DNA of 64,000 nt, from NCBI GenBank assembly GCA_010909165.1, contig VJWM01000317.1:13304-77303 (forward strand), given 5' to 3'. Both the position numbers and the translations under genes were made by a program. Origin of the DNA: Anthoceros angustus. Taxonomy: Eukaryota > Plantae > Anthocerotophyta. Shown here piece after piece: positions 48,371 through 61,215 of the stretch. Below the pieces are notes generated by a model. That model searched no databases, was not told where the DNA came from, and saw only the letters and a list, made by a program, of their open reading frames with translations. Position 1 is the first letter of the stretch, and each line of letters begins with the position of its first letter.

Positions 48371-49350
48371 AGCAACCAGAAGGTTTTGTTGAGAAGGGCA
48401 AAGAGAATCGGTGTGCGAGGTTGAGGAAGAGCCTTTATGGTTTGAAGCAGGCACCAGTGGTATCACAAGTTCCACTCATTTATGCTTTCTCAAGGCTACA
48501 AGCGTGGCGATGAGGATCATTGCCTCTATCTGAAGCAAGCTAAGGATCAAAGCTTGCTCATTTGATCCTCTATGTGGATGATATGCTAATTCTTTGAGCA
48601 GTCTTGATGAGATTTCGTTGAAGTCAAAGTTGAATGCTCAGCTTGAAATGACAGACTTGGGAGAGGCGAGCCATATACTTGGCATGCGTATTCGTCGGAA
48701 CAGACATAATTATCTGCTTTATTTGTCTCAGACGGAATACGTTAACAGAGTGCTTCAATGTTTCAACACGGAGAAGGGGAAACCATTGGGTACTCCATTG
48801 CCTCCATATGTGAAACTTTCAAGCGCGGATTGCCCAAGCTACGAGGAGGACAAAGGCTGAAATGGAGAAGGTCCCATACTCATCATGTAGGGAGTTTGAT
48901 GTATGCAATGATTGCTACCGTCGACATTGCCTTTGCGGTGGGAGTGGTTAGCGGTTTATGTCAAACCACGGCAAGAAGCATTGGGAGGCGATAAAAGGAG
49001 TTATGAGGTCACAGATGGTACAAAAGCTTTGTGCATATGTTTTGGTAGTGAAGATGCATGTGTGGTTGGGTACAGATCGCGATTATCACGAGGATATGGA
49101 CAAAGGAGGTCCACATCGAGTTATGTCTTCATACCTTTGGAGGCGATCTCATGGCGATCTCGTTTGCGATCGTGCATTCGCTATCTACCACAGGGAGTAT
49201 GTTGCGACAGAGGCTTGCAAGGAAGCCATATGGCTTGCTCGTTTAGTGGGAGACTTGGGGATCAAGGTTGAGCTGCCAGTGTTGCATTGTAATAGCCAGA
49301 GTGCTATCCAATTGGCAAAGAATCCAGTGTTTCATGCGAAGACTAAACAT

Positions 49351-50640
49351 GTGTGAGTGTGGCGCCCTTGTGTGTGCGTGAGAGCGGTTGTGAGGGCTCC
49401 GAGGGACGTTGGCCCTAGGAGTCAATGTGTGCGTCAAGAGTGGAGAGCAAAATAAAGTCGGATCTGTGCGCAGGGGTAGCCGTCCGTGGCAGGGAATCAC
49501 GGCGCCGCGCACCAGATTAAATTGCTAGGGTTTGGTGTGGGACCCACCCCGGTAGTCGTAGCAACTACTCGGTAGTGGTGAGAGCCACCGCGGTAGTAGG
49601 CCGGAAACGGGGGTTGTGGAATAAGACTTATGGTAGTTAGACCAGTCGGAAGGTAGTGGTAATTGAGTAGATATGTGATAGTAGGTAAGTCCTGACTTAG
49701 GTGAAGGTTAGTAGCGATAGAAGTTAGCGTTCCTTGGCACAAACCATTCCCTTGGGAGCGAATCCTGGGCCTACAACGACATTGAGGGTGAATGTGGACC
49801 TCAGGGTGTCCCTAGACACAAGTTTAGACCCCACATTTTGGCGCCGTTGCCGGGGAATGAAACTGCTGTCAAGGACGTAGGTAGAATTAACAAAAGCCTA
49901 AGTAGAGAGTCTAAGTATTGATAGGTTGATAGATGGATGCCTCGGGTGAAGACAAGCGACTGTGGGTCTGACTATGGGGAAACGCCCTTGGCAAAGCGAC
50001 AACGCCAAGCAGCGGAAAGGTTGCAGAGTGTCACAAGGAGGGCGCAGTGGGAGGCCATACCTGCTGGACGAGGAAAAGGAATAAGGAGTCAGCCGGGAAT
50101 CGAGGGTCGGATCCTATTCTAGCCAGATTCCCAACTCTTGGCTATGGAAGAGGTACAAGGGCCCAGGTACCCCAACCCGACCCCGCTTTTCGATCTTCGT
50201 TCCAGATTGCCCGGCCAGCTTCAGTCCAGTCAAACTTTGTGGGCGTGGAAGTCAGTCCAGACGTGCTTTGGTATACCATAAGGAAGCACTGGCATCCTCA
50301 AAAGCGCAAGTAGCTGCAGTTTAGTGGTATTTGCCTAGTGGATATATATGCCAAATGTGGCTAATTGGGAGATGTGTGCCGGGTTTCAAAAAGCCAGGGC
50401 GGATTTGTGGACAATGGATGCCAATTTGCTCTAGTCACCGGGGAACCTTGCAACCATCGCTGCTCAGTCGCCTTTCCAGCTTCACGGGGCGACATCCAGT
50501 TGACATGAGAACTCACACGCTTGCATGCCAACCAAAATATGGAGTCCCCACGCTTGAGACAGATCAAAACAGGCTCTTTAATTTTGGCAGCAAGAGTAGG
50601 AGGCCCGTTCATTTCAGCAGTAGCCGAGGCAAGAGTCCCT
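49351..50640 (+). mobile_element. Truncated gypsy element related to family B: LTR part (49351-49835), PBS, start of gag-like region
   Basis: LTR ends CCCCACA, followed by a perfect 18-nt PBS TGGCGCCGTTGCCGGGGA (49839-49856). It cuts the copia RNaseH at KTKHV. Right boundary uncertain. Confidence 0.7.
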
Positions 50641-52732
50641 GACTATTCTGCGGTGTAGAAAGAAATCTGAGAATTTTTCTTCCATATAATAAAAGCTGTC
50701 TACCTATAGGGTTGATGTGTGAAACCAAGTGGGAAATAAGGGTTGGCGAACTTTCGCAGAATCGTTTTAGGGCTTCTGACTTACTACTTCAGGAGTTGGG
50801 CCTGGTGGCGAAATGCGGTTTTGGACCCCTCAATTCTCTCTCTCCTCTCTCTAGCGTTTCTGCTTCCTGCTGTTTATTTATAGGGCAGCAGCTGCATTAG
50901 CTCTTCATAGTCACCTTTCCCCAGCGGTCTGCTTCTCCTCCTCTGTTCTTTCCTACTAGAGCGATCCAGCGGTGAACCATCTATCCCTTGTGCGAGCGTC
51001 ATTAGCAAGAAGCTTTAAGTACAGCCGTCGCATACATCTCCGTGTGCTAACAAGGTTGGGCTGAGATCGAGCGGCGCCTCTGGACAAGATCTTCAGGTCA
51101 CATCCAATCTGCTTCCGGCGTTTGCAGCCCTCTTGCTCCCCTGTCTGCTTCTTTTCTTCATCGTCACGGCCCGGTGACGCCAGCCGGGCGCGCGGGGAGG
51201 AAGGGCGCTCATGCCTCGTCCGGCTTTCAATCGGCCTTCAGGACGGGAAAATAGGAGCTTTGGAACAAGCCTGCCTATGGCATAGATGCAGTAACAGCAA
51301 GCCCTAGCCACACGTCCTCCTCGCCTGCTGTATCGCGCTGACTCCGTCCTTGTTATGTTGGCCCGTAAGCGCGGGCCCTTCCCTTTCCCCTTCCCTTCCC
51401 TACTCACTTGCTAGTCCCTGGAATGCTGCGCTTTTGTTGCTCCACATTGCATACTCCTCGGAGTTAGCACAGCCTGTTGCGCAGGTCGGTAGGGTGAGCA
51501 AAGTGATGGTGTGGTGGAATCTGCCGTTGCTAGCCCAACCAAAGGTTAACTGTTTAACCCATGGTTGGGAAGCATCAAGTCACGATCGGGCTCCACAATC
51601 TCCCCAGCATGGAGGCTCGGCAATCCTAAACTATGAAATCTCATGGCTCGGCCCACATCTTTAGATTGCTAGCTACAGCTTGATAGCAGCAACTTTGGAT
51701 TGCTGGCTAGCTTGACAGCTTGCTGCTATCGCTTGGTCTCCTACAAAAAAGAAGTTTCAGCCAGTGCCGGAACGCGTCAACAGGCAGGTAGGGAAGGGGT
51801 AAGGGAGCCGTGCGCACGCAGATATGTCCATAGTGATGCCATCCAGGGCAGAAAAAGATTGAGCTGCGCCTGCGAGAGAGAGAGCGCGTGTCAGTGAATG
51901 TGTGGCCTTTGCGTCTGAGAGAAGAGTCCCTGAGAGAGAGCTGGAGGGGGTGAAAGAGAGAAACCCTATTGTTGCTTCTACGTCCCCTGGAACTATCTGT
52001 TACATCTTGCCAAGCTCCGAACTTTGATCAGAGGGACGAGTATAGGCCCCTGTTTGCACCGGAGACAAAGTCATCCCTTGCTCTAACATTGTTGAAAGCC
52101 TGTCATTGCAATATCGGCGCAATCAATCAGCTGTGAAGCCCTAATCAATCTCCGACGTGTGGAGAATTGGGAGCTCACGCTAATGCTCCACCGCCTCCCG
52201 GTCATCCCTGCCATGGATTCTATAGCCTTGTATCCATTTACTTGCCTTGCCCCTTGGTATACTTATTCCAATTCTGTCAAGCCCCACCCTCTTCGCTATC
52301 CGGTGTTGCTTGTGTACTCATCGTAGGTTTGCCTTGGTCGTCTGCAGGTTTCCTTACATACAATTACAACTGAAGCTCTCCATTTGTGTGAGGGACTCGC
52401 AGTATTGGCAGCCGGTACAGACGACGATCAGCAAGTCTATGCCCACCGGAAATTTGCGACATACACCAGCTGCTGCGTCCGCAAAGGCGCCTATCATTTT
52501 TCGGAATCTGAATACTCACGTTTGTAGACCTTCAAGTTTTGCAGCAAGTGGGGGGCTGAAAGAGTCAGTTGTGGCGTAGCTGCAGCTTTGAATTGCCCCT
52601 CATAGGCAATCAACTTTCTGATGGGTTTCCACAAGCAGCTCCCCTGCGGTTGCGCGCAGGTGTGATGTAGAGGGACATTCTAGGAAGTAGCGGGCGAGCA
52701 GCGGATTGTGGCTTTCTGAGGGAACGTATACC

Positions 52733-55700
52733 ATGGCGAGGGACACCGTGGAGTTCGTGACTCGTCTATATTCGCGAGAAGATTATGTCGCTGAAGTCAC
52801 CGTCTCACCACAGACTGAAGATACTAAAATGCGCGACTTATTTCAAAAGGAAATACGTGTGACAGCTTTCTCTCAACAGAGCGAACGGTGTCTTCCACTC
52901 CAGGTGCTTCATACCATTGGCTCAGCTGGCGTGTATTTTAAGTTGCGCGCTTCAAATCAGCAGCTTCATGGCGACAGTCAGAACCTCTCGCGGTTCTATG
53001 GCTCCTGTCTGAACGATGCGAAGGTAATGTTAAGGGTCATCTCTTAGAAGTCAAACCTCTGCAGATCTTGTAGTTGGCTTGTCTTTTCAACGTATGTACC
53101 GAGGGTTTGCACTGGACCGCTGCCTGATGGAAGCCTAAGAGATAAATACAGGCAGGCTTCCTCGATGGCGCAATGTGTGCTTGTCGAGTCATGAATTAGT
53201 TATGGTGCTGGAGCTGTCCCGGCTGTACGAGTATCCATTCACGACTAGGTCGTAACGTACTTGATCTGAGGCTCCACTGCAGTTGCGTATGTCCATGCAG
53301 AATTGATTGTGTCACGCTAGAGGCGTCCTGCAATGCGTTCCAAATGAAGTTCAGGCGAAGTCAGGTTTGCGGGCGTGAATCACTGAAGCTTTTTCCTTGG
53401 TGTCTGCAGACTGCAGTGGTTTTACTTGAAGGTGGGAATGAGGTTCATCTTGTGGCCATGTCCTCTGGATCTGAGCTGCAAGTTCCTTGCTTCTGGGCTT
53501 ATCTGGTTGGACAGGGCCTGTATGCCTCTTGTCTGCAGATGTTCAACATGAGGTGTCTGTCAATTGTGTTTGATCTTGACGAGACCCTTATAGTTGCTAA
53601 TACTCAACGTAGTTTTGAACTCAAAATGGACACGTTGAAATACCGGACTCCTAGTACTGCTGAATCTGTTGCGGAGCTTAAGAGGTATCAGGAAGACAGG
53701 GCAATTTTAAAGCAGTACATCGAAAATGATACAGTTTTTGTGAATGGTCGGGCTATCAGGGCACAAAACGAAGTGGTCCCGCCTGTATCAGAGGGAGCAC
53801 TGCCGATGATGCGGCCGATTATCCGTCTGCCAGAGAGAAATATGATCCTCACTCGCATCAATCCAGCTGTAAGTTTGAAATTTGGAGCATTTAATGGTAG
53901 AGCAACTTGGCGCATGCTATTTCTGACCATCATGTAAATTCGCTTTATATCAGATACGTGACACCAGTGTGCTTGTAAAACTTCGTCCCGCATGGGACGA
54001 CTTGCGAAGCTATGTCATTGCGAAAGGGCGAAAACGGTTTGAGGTGTACATTTGCACAATGTCTGAGAAGGACTATGCTCTAGAGATGTGGAGACTGCTA
54101 GATCCAGAGGGACAACTCATAAACGTAAAGGAGCTGAATGACAGAGTTGTCTGTGTGGAATCAGGTATGCTGATGTCCGCCTGAGTTTTTGGGTGTGCAG
54201 AACCTGTTAGTGCACTGCAAGTTTACATGCCTGGCTGCCCAGCATATTTCTTACGTTGCCTTTTTTTGTCTTTTTATTTGTTTGTTGTTGGCAGGTGGAA
54301 AAAAATCCCTTGCCAATGTCTTTGCCCGCCAGACTTGTCACCCTAAGATGGCAATGGTCATTGATGACCGCATGAAAGTATGGGACGAGAAAGACCAATC
54401 CCGTGTCCATGTGGTGACTCCCTTTGCACCATACGGTGCTCCTCAAGCGGAGGTTTTGTGCTGTTCCTGCTACTCATACTCACGTCATCTCTGTTTTCAG
54501 CTGTTGCGTTTCAAATATCCGTATTGGTCGTGCTTTGCTTTTGCAGATGGTAGCTGGAGCAGTGCCTGTTTTGTATGTCGCAAGGAATGTTGCTTGTAGT
54601 GTCAGAGGAGGGTTTTTCAGGTAAATGAACAGCTGGCTGAAAGAATGGCTCACACAAAATTTTCCTGTAGCCTTTCTGTTGTAAGATTCTTGAGGAGCGC
54701 GGAAAGATGTGGGAAGTTTAGGTGGAATCACGTGTAAAGTCTAATTTTGTGCTGAAACTTTGAAGCAAAATCTGCTGCCCTCTTTACAGGGATTTTGATG
54801 ATTCCCTCCACCTTCAAATGACAACAGTCCGCTACGACACTGATCTTGCATCACTTCCTTCACCTCCAGACGTCAGCAACTACTTGGTTTGTTTTCACTG
54901 TGTCTGTAGATATGATATTAGATTTTCTTACAAGGGACGTTGTCTGATGGCCCTCAATTGATGACGTCAGTGCAGATGTTTGTTTCCTCCTGGCGGTTTC
55001 TCAGTGTGGGAATTGGTTTTTACTGTTTTAGGACTCTCAGGAGCCGTTTGCTCCTGGATTTGGTTCCAATGTTGTGTCGAAAGACTTTGCAGATGGGATA
55101 GCTAGCAGTGAAGTGGAATCCAGGATTCCTCAGGTAACTTGTTTTCTTATGTTTCGTTTTGTTCAAGGTGACAACGGAGTTCTGGTGAACCCTCTAAGCA
55201 GTGAAGTATGGTGAACCCTCTAAACAGTGAACTATGTAACAGGAAATGCCTGCCGCTATGGAGTCCAGGGTTCAACCTGCTGAGAATGAAGATCTAAGGT
55301 TGACCTTACGTCCCCCAGTGCAACCTACCCAACTATTTGCAACCTCACTCTTGAAAGAGCCAGCCATTCTGGACTCTGATAAGGAAGACTGTCATACGTA
55401 CCTTAATGTCTCCACAACAAGGCCATTAAGTGTAGGGCTACCACCATTGCCTGAAATATCCAAGGCTAGCTCCCCTGCCAGGGAGGAGGGAGAGGTGCCA
55501 GAGTCGGAGCTGGATCCAGACACCCGTCGTAGGCTGCTGATCTTGCAGCATGGCCAGGATACTGGACAGGCACATGCCCCACTAGAGAAGGTTGAAGATT
55601 CGTCTTTTCCACCATTGCAAGTGAATCTCTCTACCATATCATCTGGCGGTTGGCTTGGTGCTGAGGAAGAAATGAGTCCTCGGCAGCTTTCCAGGAATTC

Positions 55701-58000
55701 ACCCTTGATCTTGGAGCCAGAGTCACCATCTTTTGACAGGATGAATCAAGTGCACTTTCAGCTGCCTGCTGAGGGATCTTTTTCTGGTGACAGGGATTTC
55801 CGTCTGTCTAGACGACGATACGCAGATGAGGTATGTGTGAAGCTATTTGGAAGGAGTGCCAGCAAGCAGTTTGGTGATCTGTTCAGCATTGTTTAGGGGT
55901 GCATGGATTGATTCTCTTACATTACAGATGCAAGGATTCATGCTATGCATCTTTGTAACATAAAATGAAGCTGCACCTCAGCAGGACATGTTGCTACATG
56001 GCCTTGGTGATCCTCAAGATAGTCACCATGTGGGCTTTCTGCAGGGTTTGTCTTAGCTAAACCATAAAGCTAAGGGGGTTGCAATTTTTGTTGCAGGGGT
56101 TCCTAGAAGATCAGCATAGGACTGATCAAAGCTTGCTTGAAGACTCAACGTCCCCAGGTATGCGTTGCGCAAAAGTGTTGTTGTGATTAGAGGTAGTTAG
56201 TTTGTGGTTTTGGCTCTATTGGAGAGAGATGATGGACGTTTTTGGTATGTGGCAGGTAACGGAACTCATGGGAGATCGCTGTCCCCAGATGCTGTTACAG
56301 TGCTGCAAGGAATAGGGGAGAAGTGCAAGCATGTGGTATGCTTTTTGGGGTCTTTCACCTGTCACTTGGAAATGTCTGCTCATTGTGGCGGATTCTTGTG
56401 CTGACAGTCATTTTATCACAAATCTTTGTAGACTCTAAACCAATGTCCGTAATGTGTATGTGTCTGTATAGGTGGAATACAGGATACTACCAAATGCATC
56501 CCAGGTGTCTGTGGAGGTACGCGAAGCCTGCTGCGGCTCAAAGATGTCTTTTCTTAGTTCCTCCTTACAGTGCTTTTAACTTTCCTGTGGAGGTTGGCCC
56601 TGCAAAATCAGCCCAGTGTAGGGCTGAGAAGCACTGGGTGTCTAACATTTTCTTCGAGTTAATGCAGGTCATGTTTGGTGGAGAGAAGATGGGGGAAGGT
56701 GTTGGTCGGACGAAGCAGGAAGCAAAGTTGAAGGCTGCAGAGCATGCTCTTAGATGCTTAGCTGGTGAGTATTCCAGCCTTCAGAGCTCACATTGCTAGC
56801 TTTGTGTTTAGCCAGGATACTGCTACTCAGCGTGAGAAGATAATTCTATCTGCCTAACTCTTTGTGCTGAGGTGCTGCCTATAAGTTAGTGGGGCATGCA
56901 TTGTTAACGGTCCAAAGCTACTCAGTATTCTAGGCCGCCTTTCATTCTTTTCAGTGTCTGACTTATGTCATATGCCTCAGGTACCCCTCCCATGTCTTCT
57001 GGAAATAGTTCTAGTCTTCCAAGTAGTATGTATTCAGGGACAAGTGATGGCAGGGTTCAACGTAGGGGGCCACGAGATTCACGGATGGTTGGAGCTGGAC
57101 TGGACATACCCATTGCAAGCACGTCAGGGCAGGTAAACTACATGGACTACAGGCCTCCTGACGAGCCAGTGGCAGCAAGGGCACAGTATGATGCAGTGTT
57201 GGCATTAACAGAACTGGTATGCCATTTGATCTCCTGCTTTGAGTCTCGAATACCGACCATAGAAGAAGCATGTCAGTTCAGAGTGACTAGTGTTGAACTT
57301 ACCTCGCTCCTGCCATTTCCTTTATACAGTGTCAAGTGGAGGGCTTGAGTCTTAACTTTTCCCGAAGGGGCTTCCAGTGTCATGTGAGTGTACATGTCTT
57401 CGGGGGTTTATGTTTGTACTTACATCTTCTCTAATCAGAGAATCGTATAGTTGACAGAATCATTTGTAACAGGTTGAGGTTGGGGGAAAACTTTTGGGGA
57501 AAGGGAGTGGTCCCTCTTGGGAATCAGCTAGACAACAGGTGTGGACCTCCACACAGCGATTGATTATCATCCATCTGAACTGGATACAAGCACTTTCTAA
57601 AGCTTTGGGTTTGTTGTATCCTTGAAATGTTGTTAATGATCAAGGTTGGGTTGGGTGGTCTATGATATAGTTATGGGCTGGCTCTGTGGTTCAGGGGGCG
57701 GAAGATACCTTAAGGAATCTGCAACCTCAATATACCTCTGGTCTCCTCAAGCGCACTAACGCCCCCCGGTGAGCCCCTGGTGACTGACGAGACTGAGTCC
57801 ATAGGGAATCGTTGTGTGATATTAAGTAACATGTGGGTGGCCTCTGCAGATCCCCGCCCCTGCACTCAAACAAAAGGCAAAGAGTTGGAGATTTTTTACG
57901 AGGTGCGAGCCCACTTAGACATCTACCAGGATCACCTCACCGAGGTAGACATAGATTATCCCCAAACAAGAGATACTCAAAGTCTGGGCTTCCTATCTGA
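52733..58000 (+). CDS. CPL1: RNA polymerase II C-terminal domain phosphatase-like 1 homolog (FCP1/SCP-type HAD domain plus two dsRNA-binding domains), ~17 exons
   Basis: [90 protein letters not shown], ds[38 protein letters not shown]-terminal [15 protein letters not shown] exons approximately 52733-53023, 53410-53868, 53954-54164, 54295-54452, 54547-54620, 54790-54886, 55032-55133, 55243-55830, 56097-56157, 56256-56335, 56472-56516, 56668-56764, 56955-57216, 57330-57384, 57473-57538, 57695-57768, 57850-58000. Confidence 0.92.
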
Positions 58001-58654
58001 TTGGGTACGGTAATTAAACAATTTGGTTTCTCCTTACACCGACCAATCCTCATGGTCTGGAAATGTTTGTACAATAGTGCCCATTGTGAGGAAAAGCTGC
58101 TCTTGGAAGAATCAACCCCGTGTGAAGCCGAGTCTGCGGCCTGCTCTGGGTCTCACCCATTGATATGCCTCCCCTCCATGGTTTAGGGGTGGAACGTGGG
58201 ATAACACGATTTGTATTAGTTTTCTATGTGATACAGGTCCAGCGAATTCCTTAGGTTTCAGTTGTACGTATGCAAAGGGCATGTGCGAAGTACTTGGAGT
58301 CAATAAACCTGTCAGATATTTGATGTGTGGAAGATGTGTGTTCCTGCAGATGCTCAAGCTCTGCACTTGCCAACACCAAACATGAAGGGTGGGCGTAACA
58401 CTGCTTTTTGGGATCCTATACGTCTTTGGACGTTTATGGGTGCCGTACCTCTTTCTTATTATGTTCCTGCTCATCCTTTGTGCCCACATGAGCATTATTT
58501 AAGAAACCAGCTAATTCAATCATGCACAAGTTCAGCTGGCTTCAAGTTTTCCGGATGATAATGACATGTTTAAATAGAAGAAAGAATATTTGAAAGATAT
58601 TGGCCAAATATTTAATTTCGAAGTAAAAAGTAAATGCCTACCCACTTCTTAAGG

Positions 58655-58872
58655 TTTTTTTTTTTTGAGAAATGAATGCAGCTTATATTACAAAATGACT
58701 AAAAACCGAAAAAAAATACAAACGCCAAAGGTTAAGGACCTACCGGCTCCGTTTTATCAATACGGGGCAGAGGACCTCCGTGCACGGAATCCGTTACACC
58801 GCGTCCGGTCATTAGTCAGTGGATGGTCGGATCAATCACGCATAAATGGGTTCATGGCGGTATCGACTATCT
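58655..58872 (-). mobile_element. Possible 3' end of a non-LTR retroelement (poly-A tail)
   Basis: T12 run followed by GAGAAATGAATGCAGCTTATATTAC; on - this reads ...GTAATATAAGCTGCATTCATTTCTC-A12, typical of plant LINE ends. No TSD found. Confidence 0.4.
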
Positions 58873-58873
58873 C

Positions 58874-59770
58874 CTATTCTGCGGGGAGCACATGCATTCG
58901 TCGGTTAATGGGCTCACAAGTCGTCAGCTGCACCCTGAACTTCATGACATTGCAAGTGCCAAGGTCCTTCATTGAAAACGCAAAACAATCCTCACATGTT
59001 ATCAGCAGCTGAAGCAATCGCCATCTCTGATCATCTGTCAGTTGTGGGCCCATCTTCCACTGGAAACTGGCCATTGTCTTAGCCCTAATTTGCCTCCGCT
59101 GACAATGCAATGACTCTCCCAAGATCATCAGCTGAAGCTGGAAACGTATGATCCCTAAAAAATGCATACTCCCCCCCCAAGCTTCCAGCTGAAAAGGACA
59201 ATGCCGAAAGCCTGGCGACTGTTCTGCTTCCTAAGAAGGACAATCAAGGTGCACTACTGGAAAGATGAACAGCATCTGGATGACACAAGCAAGACTACTG
59301 ACTGATAAAGCCACAAAAGCCAGGACCAGCAAAAAGCCAAACAGATGCTGACTAGCCAAGTCATAGCATGTAAATCCATGCCCCGACCCAAAGCAGCACA
59401 ATGCTGAGCAAAAGAAACGCTAGGAGCTGCAATATCGTGAGTCGCAAACCCCATGATGCGTTCCTGCTCTTCAGCAGTAGGTTCCTCCCAGCGCCGAGTC
59501 TCTGAATGCAGCAATAAACTCGTGCCTTCTCCACGATATGCATAAGACCGTGAGAAACTAACAAGGGTAGGTAGCATACGGTGCGGATAACCCACCTTAT
59601 TAGTAGCAAACCACGGGGCTTTCTCTGGTGCTGTAACAGGTCAAGGAGAGTGATAAACCTCTAGCACATCATGTAACTGATGCTCGGGAGGACGGGTAGT
59701 ATGATTCAAAGACAATTCAAGCATGTCGCCAGTTGGTCCAAAAGCTGAAGACAATGAGCGTAGGCACACT
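58874..59770 (-). pseudogene. Decayed gypsy pol fragment: C5-cytosine DNMT C-terminus followed by the pre-RT segment
   Basis: AYAHCLQ/FWTN (motif VIII), LPTLVSF, WEEPTAEEQERIMGF (motif IX), QHCAALGRGMD (motif X); then MGPQLTDDQRWRLLQLLITCEDCFAFSMKDLG...VQLTTCEPI, typical of the segment just before gypsy RT. Confidence 0.65.
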
Positions 59771-59779
59771 GACATTGAA

Positions 59780-61215
59780 AACTAGTGGCGGCCCCAGCAC
59801 ATATGAGGGGAGAGCGCAAGAGGTAGAAGGCCGCCCATCCAAGGCCAAGCGAGTTCGGGAGGAGGAAGATTGGGAGGGGATTCCGGACTCCATACGTCTG
59901 GAACGGACCCCCTCGCCACCCCGGGAAGTGTGGGAAGAAATTCCCGCTTCTCTCCTTTTAGTCCCTCCACCGGAGCACCCTGCGCCGAAGGAGGCTGCCA
60001 TAGGGAGGGAGTTGGTGGTGGCGGCCACCGCCGGCCAGCCCTGGCCCCACCAGAACCCGGACCGGACCGGGAGGCAAAGGGAAGGCGGCCTCCATCAGCG
60101 CGGCGCCGAGGCCGTCGGTCCCTTGCCCTGCCGGGGTGGCGGGAGGCGGAGGCCGTGGGAGGCGAGAGGGATGTGGCCGGGCGGAGGACAGCAGCAACCC
60201 CCACCGAGCCGTCTGTCCCCAACCGGGAGGCAAGAGAGCCGACTCAGGGACCCCCTCACCACCTTCGAGCCCCAAGAGAAGGCGGGCGGAGAAAGAGCTA
60301 GCGGCCAAGAGGGCCAAGGAGGTGGAGACTCCGGACCAGAACACTCGGGACCTGAGGGTCCCCGGATCCGAGTCCCTAGTCCCGGCGTCACTACGGCTGC
60401 AGTGTGGCGTCCCGGACCAGGCGAGCGGCGGACTTCACGGGAATTTCCCCAGCGGCCGTGGTAGAAGAAACCAGGAGGGTACTGCATGTTATATGGTGCT
60501 CACGAGGTCTCGAGCAGAGAAGACCTAGGAGGTAGAGGCCACCAGAAGACGGATGGTGGAGCTCCAGGGTCAGGCGGAGGCGGCCCAAGCGGCCAAGAGG
60601 AAGGCGGAGACCCTCGCAAGAATCGAGGAAGAGAAGCGCAGGGCGGCGGAGTCGGAGGCAAGGTCCGCCCAACAAGACCAGGCCAAGATCCTTCAGCTGT
60701 GTGAACAGCTGAAGCAAGCGCAAGAGACACGAGCAAAGGCGGAGGACCTTTGCAAACGGAGGGAAGCGGCCCAGGAGGAGGCGGAGGAAGAAGGCGGGCG
60801 GAAAGGAGCTAAGGACTGGCCGAGGCAGCTCGGCGGGGCAAGCAAGCACAGGAGGCTCGGGTGAAGGCGCAGGCCGGCCGAGCGGGCAGACGAGGACCAC
60901 TACGGCGGGACCGAAACTAGTGGAGGAGGCAGTGAGGCGGCGCAGCCAACGAAGGCGGCGGCGGCGAGCAAGCACGGGCAAGCGTGAAGAAGAGAGGAGG
61001 CCAGCACCCGGGAGATGGAAGATCTCCGGGAACACGGTTAAGGCGGAGGATCAAGTCGGTGGAGGACCGCAAGGAGACCCTGGAGCTACAGCTCTAGGAA
61101 ACGAAGGAGCGAAATGGAATCCTTCGGGGGAGAATTGCGGATCACGCGAGCAGATCAGCGGCTCGTACATTGGAGGTGGAGGAGGGTCGACGGTGGACCC
61201 GTGGACATCGCCGGC
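59780..61215 (+). pseudogene. Frameshifted Glu/Ala/Arg-rich coiled-coil ORF, probably a retroelement accessory ORF (similar pieces continue at 62945-63790)
   Basis: MVELQGQAEAAQAAKRKAETLARIEEEKRRAAESEARS..., AQAHVEEAIQQVDSNFAYYHAELLK; ~210-bp tandem duplication at 63102-63520. Confidence 0.5.

Larger units (their letters stand above)
41345..49352 (+). mobile_element. Ty1/copia RT-RNaseH remnant; 5' RT part present in 4 tandem copies; interrupted by an insertion at 44559-48370
   Basis: [54 protein letters not shown], resuming at 48371 with QPEGFVEKGKE..SLYGLKQAP, YVDDML (48571), MTDLG, and EACKEAIWL..NSQSAIQLAKNPVFHAKTKHV. Confidence 0.92.

Noticed and set aside
50650-52730. Short ORFs upstream of CPL1 as genes
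   Set aside because: No recognisable motifs; the region has GA tracts and looks like promoter/5'UTR. A divergent gene cannot be supported.
55183-55236. 27-bp tandem duplication in a CPL1 intron
   Set aside because: Real but trivial local slippage with no evident consequence.
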